A stretch of DNA of 64,000 nucleotides from Carcharhinus amblyrhynchos (lineage: Eukaryota). Under the pieces are notes generated by a model that saw only the letters and a list, made by a program, of their open reading frames with translations, did not search any database and was not told the origin of the DNA. The position numbers were made by a program, and so were the translations under genes. The stretch covers positions 64,108,001-64,172,000 of the forward strand of contig OZ336885.1 in NCBI GenBank assembly GCA_965287045.1, written 5' to 3'. Within the stretch, counting starts at the first letter, position 1. Every line of letters begins with the position of its first letter. Positions 54,873-64,000 of this stretch are shown here, in pieces.

Positions 54873-54950
54873 TCTATCTTTTCTCTCTCTCTCTCTCTCA
54901 CACACACTGACATGCACGCACGCCCACACACACAAACACATATATGCACA
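54873..54950. repeat. Imperfect (CT)n(CA)n microsatellite
   Basis: Directly visible. Confidence 0.85.
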
Positions 54951-55266
54951 CTCCTGCACCTCATGCAATTTCAAGATCCGACAGTCAACTTTGTGTCTGT
55001 TCTGATCTGTGATAATACCATTCCTTTAGATATAGGTATGCATTTTATCAAATCATCTATCTTCGTCTCGGGACTTTACTTTTATTGCTAATTGTCTGGA
55101 AAGAAAATCATTACTCATTCGTCAGAAAGATTTATTTCAGTCTCCACATGTACTCGTTTTTTTTCAACTCATTTTGCTTCAGCTTCGGATTTTTTTCTCC
55201 CGCTGAATGTATTTTGACGTTGACAATGCATTAGCAATTTGATTATTCCCCCTTTTTTAATGTTAT

Positions 55267-55490
55267 AAAGTTTATTGTCTTAGTGCTACAATTTGAAGTA
55301 TATTAGCACTGGAATGAAGTTGTTCTGCAAATATCCGAGTCACCACACTCGGGCGTCTGTTCAGATATACTTAAGGATAAATGAGCACAGCCAATTAACC
55401 TTAACAACACATCTCTGGGACTGTGGGAGGAATTGAACCTGATCCCTCGGGGTATTAGACAGCAGCGCTAAGCAATGTGCCATTGTGCCT
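55267..55490 (-). mobile_element. SINE with non-CR1 tail and internal deletion
   Basis: Tail AAAGTTTATT...AATGAAGTT...CACCACACTCGGGCGTCTGTTC, then GGACTGTGGGAGGAA joined directly to the B-box complement ATTGAACC and head GCAGCGCTAAGCAATGTGCCA. Confidence 0.7.
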
Positions 55491-56089
55491 TCCACATTGC
55501 CACATTATCACCACCACCCTTCGCAAGAGTCTGATGGTGTAGCTTCGCAAATTGTTCGTAAAAATTCTGTTTTTTTTTTAAGCTTTGCTCACTTTGTTAA
55601 TTTAAGAGTTAACAAATTTGCATTTCCGCTTTGTGTTAAGCATAATATTACATTGTTTAATATGTGTAATATCATTATGTATAATCTCTCTTGGCTGCGA
55701 CTCTTCTCATGTGGAACCAACATCATTGTTTTTTAATTCTGCAGCTGCAAGCCACATTTTCAAATTATGCGAGCAGGTCCTTCCCATATTTATTTAGTAC
55801 CCTACTTTATTGTGTCAACACTTTTTGTTTTGCGTTTGTAATTGCATGTTTATAATCGTTTCGACATCTATAAGGTGTTGGTGATCACAGTAAGCACTGT
55901 AGTAAGCACCGTACTGTCAATGTGAAGTCAAAGGTGCGCTGCCTTGACAAAGTACTTCCGATTGCTTTTGATCTATGCGATGCATGCTGCATTTGTTGAC
56001 CAACGAAATTAATTTACTTATTACATAAAATAGTGTGTCCATACAAATTAATGTATGTGTTATTTAATTCTGTAACGGCCGGTAATATC

Positions 56090-57950
56090 AGTCACACAAG
56101 TCAATGCTCAATCTGTGACATGTGATTAACCTGGGACAATGCAATTCTCACAACCGACTGCATTTGCAGGAGTTTCCTACAAAATGAAATGCTCAGAAGT
56201 CATTTATATCGACGGGAGGACCAAGTGGGTGCACACAGAAGAATGCAATTGACAGACAGAGTCAAAGGCAGAAGTTTTAGAGAGGTGACAAGACATAACT
56301 TTGCGGATGATCAATGGCTCACAGCCACAACGAGTAGGCAGTCACTGCAGGATCCCCTTGAAACTGTTGCTTTTCCTTTTCCAAACAGATACATCGCATT
56401 AGATGTTGTTGGGGAGGACTTCTTACCAGAGGATGATTACAAAAATAGCCAGGGCAATGGCATCTGTGCTGGCTGTACTGTACACCAGGGATAGCAAAAC
56501 TGTAGACACACAATTGTCTTCGGCAATGGAATATGTAGGGGCACTGCCATGCTTTTCTGTAACCGTGACAGTAACTCATGGATTTTATGTTGGCTCCTCA
56601 GTGGCACGGATAAGGACGTCTATCAGCGGGCACAAGGCGTACTGAAGCGAGAGTGTGAAAAACCAGTGGACCTGGTCAATGTTGGAACTAACACCATTGG
56701 TAAGAAGGAAAACGCGGTCCTGCGACCTGAATTCAGAGAGTTAGGAAGGCAGCTGTAACATCCTCGAGGGTTTTATTCGCAGGAATGTTCCCTGTGCCAC
56801 GTCATAGCCAGGTAAATAATACGAATATAATACAGTTTAAAAAGTGGATTGGGAGTTGGTGCAGTATGAAAGGTTTCAAATGTTTCAACCACCAAAATAT
56901 CTTCTGGGGCACATGGGGCATGTACAAAAAAAGGAAGGAATGCATCTTACCTAAAAGGGTCGTAACATGAAAGCGGGAAGATTTAATCATGTACTTCGAG
57001 TGGTTTCACACAAATAAGGCAAGATGTAAGACCCAAGGTGACAGGACAACAAGTCAGCGTGAACAGATGCAACAGTCACTCGAAAAGAAAGTGAAACAGG
57101 GAGGAAAAGTAAGGAGACAAAATGCATATTGAATTTTGCATTTGCTATTCGTTGTAAAGTGCACAGTTATCAAGGATCAAGAAATACCGGTGCAGCGAGT
57201 GAGAGGTAACAAATTAAGACGTATCTGAAGAACTTATAACTAAATGCATGCATTTTTTACAACATAGTTTTAGAGCTGACAGTGCACATTACAGCCAAAG
57301 AGAATGAGATGATGGTGAGAACTGAAAAGTGACAATAAGATAATCCGGCCTAGGAGATGAATACCCCTAGTTTGTCAGTGTTCCGGAAATACAGACGACA
57401 AAGGAATGGAATATGAAGATGGGCGGTTGGTTAAGGATGCGCCAAGACTATATTCAGAAACAATATTGACACTTGAGGACAATCTTGGTGGAAATTAACA
57501 GCACAGAACGAAACATACTATCAGGAATAAATTATAGGCCACAGAACAGCACTTTGAAGGAGGACATTGTAACAACCTGGAAGAGAGGACAGGTTGAAGA
57601 AATAACACAAAAACAATTCGGGTGAATTTTACATGCATATTGACTGAGTTGAACAACTTTACAAGAGTGACCTTGAGTCAATGTCCATAGAATATATCAG
57701 GGACTATTTCCTGGAGTAGCATATTATCGAGGCAGCCATAGAACTGGCTAGTTTAGAACTGGTATTGCCGAATAAGTGAGGATCGACGAATGTTCTAATA
57801 TTTAAGGAGAAACTCGAAAGGACGGATTACTGCTATTATCTGACAAGAAATTTTATGAAATTGGGCACACAAAATGGAAGCAAACTAAAGCTATCCTCAG
57901 AGCCCTCCACTAAAATCACAAAGTAACAGTCACTGATCAGTAGGAAAGAG
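56090..57950 (+). mobile_element. Old CR1 LINE 5' half (ORF1 esterase and ORF2 endonuclease), ending at the ERV LTR
   Basis: FPNRYIALDVVGE, VNVGTNTIGKKENAVLRPEFRELGRQL (ORF1 esterase); degenerate LNA.., VFRKYR and IGINYRP endonuclease motifs from ~57240. Confidence 0.7.
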
Positions 57951-57952
57951 CA

Positions 57953-58480
57953 TGTTTTTAGAATGCAAATGAGGGCTAGCGCATTTGGGAAATTGGACAG
58001 GATGGCACCTACAGGAACTAAATTAAAGAACACATCCCCACCCCATCAAAATCAGCACTTCTAAACCAGTCAAACAACCCATGGAGATACCTAAAATTGA
58101 CACAGTTAAGGAAGCGTCCCTGGCCCCTCAAAACTCATGAGATCAAAAACACAACTGTGGTTCAAACCCCAAAGATTCTAGACCATTGATAAGCAACCAG
58201 ACAAAAACGATTAACACACACTTAAAACAATTGTTCCAACACTCGAAAACATCAAAACGGGATGGCTGAAGTCAAATACTGTAAATAAAGGATTAACATT
58301 TGAAACACGAAGTTCAGGTATAACTGTAGCCCCTTGTGGGAAAGCCTTTAGAACACTTTCAGGACAGGCCGATTTTATGTCCTGACTGTGCTTCTCCGGC
58401 GAGGTAAAGAAAATAAAGCTGTGCCGTTATTGAACTTCACCCTGAGTCCGTAGTGGTCGTTTCGCCCACTCGCGCTAACA
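57953..58480 (+). repeat. 5' LTR of the ERV (5' boundary uncertain)
   Basis: Ends CTAACA at 58480, 2 nt before the PBS; TATAA at 58319 and AATAAA at 58412. The candidate start TGTTTTTAG at 57953 is a guess because the 3' LTR is outside the window. Confidence 0.7.
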
Positions 58481-58482
58481 AC

Positions 58483-58500
58483 TGGGGACTCGTCCGGGAT
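58483..58500 (+). other. Primer binding site complementary to the tRNA-Pro 3' end
   Basis: TGGGGACTCGTCCGGGAT versus the canonical tRNA-Pro PBS TGGGGGCTCGTCCGGGAT, 17/18 identical. Confidence 0.92.
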
Positions 58501-58533
58501 CGCGACCGTCGCTGGAACGCCGTCTCCTGGAAC

Positions 58534-58542
58534 TGGGTGAGT
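58534..58542 (+). promoter_or_regulatory. Retroviral major splice donor
   Basis: TGG|GTGAGT 36 nt downstream of the PBS, the canonical position. Confidence 0.65.
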
Positions 58543-59856
58543 ATCTTAACCCATTTCATCAAATCCGAGGAATATTTGTGTCCCAGTGTCAAAGTGCTGT
58601 TTCACGGCTGCCGCGATCCGAACTTGTGAAAAGGGTCCGTTCAGCAGCTGCACAGCGGTATCGTGGGTTTAAGTTTCTTTGGGGGCCTGCGGCTGGGATC
58701 GCGAACTGCGATTCATTGTGTTATTTTTACATTCCGCTGACCACTGACCAGCCCGACCACAGACTGACTGCTCACTAGGGGACCCGACAGAACAGGTGTT
58801 ACAGGGTAGGAATATTATTCTGGGATTTAAGGTTCAGGGACAGGACCCTGGGATTTAACGTTAAGGAGGACGTCCAAGGTTTCCGGCCACTGGGATCGGA
58901 CTCATCGAGTTCGGTACATGTCTGGGCGCTGCAAGTCGGTGAGGACCTCTGCAGGCGCGAAAGTTTGGGCCACTGGGGGCAAAACCCGCGAGGAATTTGC
59001 CACATGTCCGGGCGCTACTAAGTCTGGAGCCTCTGTGAGTGCCTCGACCACTACAAGCAGGAGACTTCTTCTAGCGTGAAAAAAAAGACTACATATCGGG
59101 GGACTCATACCCGCGGTCGACTGCACGCCAGTCCGCACCCAGGTCCGGGCGACTCCCTGGGAGATAGTGAAACGGCTGCCCTCTGAGAGTCAATTTAGCG
59201 GTAGGAGTTTGGGTAAGAGCTAGTGGCCCCGGTCACTGTCGTCGGTAGCCTCTCGGTATGCTGCGGCCCCTGCGGAGAGGCTGTACAGAGCTCGCCTGCC
59301 TCTGAGAGCGGCAATCTCCCCGCTACACGCAGGTCGGCTCCTGCGGGTTGCCACTGAAGGTACAAACGAACTAACACTGGGAACACGAGACCGTAACCCA
59401 ATCAGACACAAACACAAGTACCTGTGAAAGCGTTAGAGCCAGGGTTGGTACACTACTGACTCTAGTAAAGGAAATTAACATGGATAGCAACAGTACCACT
59501 TTGAATGGGGACCAGAAGGGTCCCTCACCTGCTATCTCGCAGACAAAATAAGAATCTAGTTAAAAATCTACTGAAGGTAATGTGGAATGCATGTTGGAAG
59601 CTTTCTTGTCTGTTGGTAAAGTGGTTGTATCAGTGTTTTGCTTGTTGTTTCTTAATGTTTTAATGTTCTTCCCCTAATTGTGATTTTATAACAGGGGGGT
59701 TTGACACAAAGCTTAAATAAAATTTGGAAATTGGATTGGATTAAATTGAAATAAATTCTTGGAATTTCTTAGCCTTTTGAGTATAATCATGGCCATGATT
59801 GTGCTTAAAATGTATAGAACTTAAATAATATACAAACATGTGCGACTCAGGGATAC

Positions 59857-60405
59857 TGGCTCCCCAAGGAAAAACAAGACTGCAGCCCCGCAAGAATCCC
59901 TCCCTTACACATACGCGGGCCAGTCCACACTCCCCACCGTGGGCGGCACGGTAGCAAAGTGGGTAGCACTGTTGTTTCACAGCTCCAGGGTCCTGGGTTC
60001 GATTCCCGGCTCGGGTCACTGTCTGTGTGGAGTTTGCACATTCTTGTGTCTGCGTGGGTTTCGTCCGGTTACACCGGTTTCCTCCCACAGTCCAAAGGTG
60101 TGCGAGTTAGGCTGATTGGTCATGCTAAGAAATTGCCCCTTACCGTCCAGGGATGCATAGGTTAGCGGGACTAGTGGTATGATGTGGGGGTAGGGCCTGG
60201 GTGGGATTGCTGTTCGGTGCAGACTCGATGGGCCGAAGGCCCTCTTTCTGCACCGTAGGGTTCTATGATCTAAACAATACACCATAAAGCCCGAGGTACT
60301 ACAAGCCACTGAGGAAATTGCTCAGGCTTTGGTTGCCCACGGTATCTGAAGACCCAGTGTCCAACACCAACGATATGGCCAGTTCGTAAGCCAGGCGGTA
60401 CTTCG
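59857..60405 (+). pseudogene. pol: Retroviral pol fragment: RT N-terminus, split by a SINE
   Basis: Removing the SINE gives WLPKEKQDCSPARIPPLHIRGPVHTPH/KQYTIKPEVLQATEEIAQALVAHGI*RPSV/SNTN/IWPVRKPGGT, the QYP...LL..GI.RP..S..NTPIWPVKKP start of retroviral RT. Confidence 0.75.
59941..60271 (+). mobile_element. Full-length HE1-like tRNA-derived SINE inserted in the ERV
   Basis: GGGCGGCACGGTAGCAAAGTGGGTAGCAC (A box), GGTTCGATTCCC (B box), central core and CR1-like tail GCAGACTCGATGGGCCGAAGGCCCTCTTTCTGCACCGTAGGGTTCTATGATCT. Confidence 0.92.
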
Positions 60406-60583
60406 ATAAAAAAGTAATACGCAGCTCCGAAGTTGAACCTTCGACCCAGCATTCTCTAACACTCCGTCTAAGCCTGAATTAAGAGGGCAGGTGCCCCACG
60501 TGACGGCCAGTCTTAAGTGAGTGAAGGACTATTACAGATTTAACCAGTAAATTGGGCCATAAACCCGGCGTCTGTAACACAAG

Positions 60584-61330
60584 ATGGACAAACTTGTAGG
60601 TAGAACTAGAACAGTCTCGGAAATTTTGCTAAAATCTGTGGGAGGGAATTTAGTGAAAACCGGACCCTGACTCTGATCACTTACGTATTCTCAAGGAACG
60701 AATCCTAAAAGGAAATAATTATGGCCTGTCATGCCGATTGGGAGGAAGTTCTCCGTTTATATTTGAATAATAAGTGACCCAAATGGGTACGGTGGGGTGA
60801 TGCCCCGAAACCGGACCAGGGATCCGAGGGAGAGAATTGTTGATTCGTGCCCAAAGGGAAGTGGGTAAAAGGGCTCACAAGCTTAGGAAAATGATTGCAA
60901 TTGCCAGTTGTCGTGAACAGCTCCTTGGTAGAGAAACAGAGATAAAGAAAATGTTTGTTGAAACTGAGTAACGTTATTGTGATTATTAGTTTCGAAGAGT
61001 TACAGTGTGAGAAGTCAGAGAAAATTAAGTTAAAAGAGGAGTTAGAAATTATGACAGCTAGTTGAGATGTTAAGAGAAGGAAATAAGTAATATTGTGGGA
61101 AAGTAGATATGTCGGAACAAAACAATGAGGTAAATATATTGTCTATGAGCCACTTCAAGATATGCCGAGTTACTGAAAAGAATCCAAGTTCCGATTACTC
61201 CAAGTACCAGGAGGAGATTAATCAATTAAAATCTGAAGTTGACAATGCAGATAAGGATTTTGCCTGTGATCAGTTTGGGATAGTTGAGTCTGAGGAAGAC
61301 AGCGTTTATGGATTGGGTTGTGGCATTGAC
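60584..61330 (+). pseudogene. Probable gag N-terminal (matrix-like/coiled-coil) region, heavily disrupted
   Basis: AAGATGG start, then purine-rich broken frames WEEVLRLYLNNK, KLRKMIAIASCREQLLGRETEIKK, EELQCEKSEKIKLKEELE, KYQEEINQLKSEV. Assignment is by position and helical/coiled-coil character; no diagnostic capsid motif seen. Confidence 0.4.
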
Positions 61331-61825
61331 TGGGGATCTCCCCCCCCCAAAAAAAAACACACACACACTTCTTTTTCCGGAGGCAGCTGATCCCACAGTA
61401 AATTTAGAATTTTCCTCTGGTTTGATGTATTCTGTGACTATTAGTTGCAAGGAAGGCATGGAATTACAAGGAGATGTTATTGATTAGGAGGGAATGAATG
61501 TTTTAAAGAACCTTAGCACGGCATATAATCACACCCAAGTGATCCTTTGTTTTTTTTCTAAAAGAGGAAGTTCACAGGGTCTATTACAGGATTTTGAGCG
61601 AAAGAGACTAGTCTCTCAACATATGAGGAAAATATTACCAATTAATTGGCAAGATAGAAGATTGATTAGAGAAAATTTAATTTGAGTTGATAATTTGGAT
61701 AGTTTTTGTATTTCAGTGTATTTGTGCGGCCTGGCTGCTTGTCGACTGTAGGTGATTGTTGTTGCATTGAGGTACGAGCAGAATTGTTAAAGTACACATT
61801 GCTTTACACTTTAATTTAACTTCAA

Positions 61826-62533
61826 AAGGGTGACCCACGATAACATGATCCTGGAAAAGGCGCGGGTTGATCACCACAGGGGCGGGGACGCATTAAGCAC
61901 GAAAATATAATCGGAGACCTGGCAGCTGCAGTCAGGCTGCCCTCAGAATCAGCCGTAATTATGATAAAAGCCCACCAAAGATTAAAGACAGCGGAACAAA
62001 AAGGGAGCCAACTAGCAGACGCTGCAGCCGAGGCTGCAGCTGGGGAAGCTCTCCCGCACATAACCGCTACCACAACAACACCCTTGGAGGAAGTGGATAT
62101 TTATGAGCCGCAGTGTAATGCAAACCCAGATGAGGTGACACACTGGGAACAGGCAAGGGCGTCCAGAGACAAAGATGGAGTATGGCGCAAAGGGCACCCA
62201 ACCCCATATACCTCTGCCAATCATCGATACAGAAAACCGCAGCCCCGGGCAGAACACCGATATATTCCCAACCACCGGTACAGGGAGCAAGATAGAAAGA
62301 ACCCCAGATATGCACCCCTACAAGTGCAGTCTTACACCTGCGGGCAACCCAACCATTTTGCCCGGAACTGCAGGGTACCACCCCACTACCCTACACGACT
62401 ATCTCAGCAATTCCTTGACGATGGACCCCAACCCATGCCCCTCGAAGGACCTGCCCAACAAGAAGCTACAACCCCCACCCACTACCCACAGAACCGGCAC
62501 ATGAACCCACTGATCCCGCGCCAATTTACATAG
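61826..62533 (+). pseudogene. Chimeric frame: RNase H C-terminal half and linker fused to a Gag nucleocapsid-like region
   Basis: THD..SWKRRGLITTG/GRIKHENIIGDLAAAVRLPSESAVIMIKAHQRLKTAEQKGSQLADAAAEAAA (RNase H), EVTHWEQARASRDKDGVWRKG (RH-IN linker), then SYTCGQPNHFARNC (CCHC knuckle with first Cys as Ser) and a TAG stop at 62531. Confidence 0.8.
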
Positions 62534-62814
62534 CTTCAGGAATAAAACTTCGACCCAGCAGGCGCCGACGAAAAGGTTGGGGTACCCCGCAAATCTTACT
62601 CCCTGTGGCGCACCGGTACCGTTGCTCCCAGAAAGGTTAGACCCGGCACTCACTACAAAGAGGTTTCCTGGCAGTCAAAGCCCGCCCTCGTAGGTTCCCT
62701 TCACTAAGGAACGATCAGGGCATCACAGTCTAGTTTGTAAATCGCTTTATCCGCCCACTCCACGCCCCCACTCCAGTATAAAATGAAAAAAAAAAGTGCA
62801 ACAGTTAGACCACC

Positions 62815-63075
62815 AACTCGGAGAGCTGCGCCACACAGGCAGAGGTCAACAGGATATAAAAGACAAGGTTAGTAAACATGCCATCTGCTATACCACCACA
62901 CTTCCCCAGGCAGGGGACAAATTTTTGGTCTGAGTTGCCCCCGATCAAACAGGGTTCGCATCCGAAATGGGTAGGACCCCATGAAATTATGCTCACTAGC
63001 GACACATATGCCTGTGTTGACATCAAATGGAAAGGCCGTTGGAGACACTGTTCACAGCTGAAGGCATACCACCCC
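62815..63075 (+). pseudogene. pol: Retroviral integrase C-terminal domain fragment
   Basis: ORF 62878..63174 gives PKWVGPHEIMLTSDTYACV...WRHCSQLK, the W.GPY.V+LT..T...W.H.S.+K motif of gamma/epsilon-like integrase CTDs; no DDE core upstream. Confidence 0.8.
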
Positions 63076-63078
63076 GGC

Positions 63079-63104
63079 GGGGGGGGGGGGGGGGGGGGGG
63101 GGGG
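63079..63104. repeat. Poly-G tract (26 nt)
   Basis: Directly visible just after the integrase CTD motif; length may be unreliable in sequencing. Confidence 0.9.
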
Positions 63105-63413
63105 TCGTGGAGCTGGGGAGGGGGGAGAGACAGGACAGACTGACTGTAAGGACAAGAGTAGTCCATCAGGATAAACGGGCCACGTATCGAACCATAACTA
63201 ACCACCTCTATCCACACAGCGGAGATCGAATTAACAACCTTCATCTCTAGGACGGAGGACAGCCACACATCAGCCACGGCTCTAATATGTGTATGTATGC
63301 ATGTAGATGTAGAGGCATGCCTAAGTAGATTAGTTTAGAGTGATTAGTTAATATTAAGATTCTAATACCTGGCGGCCACCAGGCTTTGTGTACACTTCCT
63401 ACCCCTCTCCAGG

Positions 63414-64000
63414 ATGATAACCAGTTTGAGGGTGGCCCTATCCGTGATCTTCTTGTCCAGGTTCGCCATCCAGGGATACATCACCAATCAATAATCCCAC
63501 GGAATAATATTCAATACGTCCGAGGCGTTGTGCGTGCCGGCAGCACCATGCCCCGAGGACAACAGCATGTATTCCAATGCATGGCTACAAGTCCACACAG
63601 GTCTCGATATGACATGCTTCATCTGCACATTGGATAAGACCCAAACATGTATCCAACGGCCAGACTGGCTGAGCGACTCCGGCTGCAACTTTGGGACGAT
63701 CTGCGCGCTTCCCGAGGACCCACGGATCCAGCCACAAAGAGGCATTTTGAAACCGGACACTGATATTTGCGGGTACTATGGACTAGTTGAGGCTCCGGTC
63801 GTCTCACTATATGTATGTTTTGCACTTCCTACAACGCGGGCCTCCTGACCACGACGCCCGAAATCTTACCCTGCCCCTTGCTGAGCGGTAGGCCGGAGGG
63901 AGGACTGATGTTGTGGAGCGAGGGAGAAATTGTATTTGACAATGTGAAAGACGAAATCGTGCCTGTTCCTGTCGATATCTCAGGGATCCAGGTACTGGGA
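63414..64000 (+). pseudogene. env: env-like glycoprotein gene, 5' part, disrupted
   Basis: Acceptor CTTCCTACCCCTCTCCAG|G then ATG. MITSLRVALSVIFLSRFAIQG is signal-peptide-like. After an in-frame TAA at 63492 the same frame continues as Cys-rich ORF 63528..63848 (N-T-S sequon just before it), then frameshifts into GGLMLWSEGEIVFDNVKDEIVPVPVDISGI. It lies downstream of the integrase. Confidence 0.65.

Larger units (their letters stand above)
57953..64000 (+). mobile_element. Endogenous retrovirus, defective and internally rearranged; runs off the window end
   Basis: 5' LTR, tRNA-Pro PBS and splice donor, plus fragments of RT, gag-like region, RNase H, NC zinc knuckle, integrase C-terminal domain and env-like ORF. 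Confidence 0.88.

Noticed and set aside
59941-60015. tRNA-like A/B boxes
   Set aside because: Head of a SINE rather than a tRNA gene; it continues into SINE core and tail.
62534-62740. Possible gag-pol readthrough and protease start after the TAG
   Set aside because: An in-frame TAA follows within three codons and no D[TS]G protease motif is visible.

Overview
Vertebrate genomic DNA, most likely from a shark. This is inferred from HE1-like tRNA-derived SINEs, several CR1/HER1-type LINE subfamilies, Rex1/Babar LINE fragments and Penelope-like elements. I could not recognise any host protein-coding gene, rRNA, tRNA gene or CRISPR array. Most ORFs in the track are chance ORFs or retroelement fragments. 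Positions 1-14 kb and 35.5-40.6 kb are repeat-poor unique DNA with unusually many CpGs, and there is a GC-rich promoter-like island at ~39.3-39.8 kb. Positions 40.6-64 kb are a dense pile of nested retroelements. The most striking object is an endogenous retrovirus from ~57.95 kb to the window end. It has a 5' LTR, a tRNA-Pro PBS, a splice donor/acceptor pair and a signal-peptide env-like gene, but its internal region is scrambled. An RT N-terminal fragment (split by a SINE) lies upstream of the gag-like region, and an RNase H C-terminal half is fused in frame to a Gag CCHC-knuckle region, followed by only the integrase C-terminus. Penelope copies show an inverted pseudo-LTR and complementary remnants of a minimal hammerhead ribozyme. 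Repeat boundaries are read by eye and approximate. Family assignments rest on motif recognition, not on database searches.
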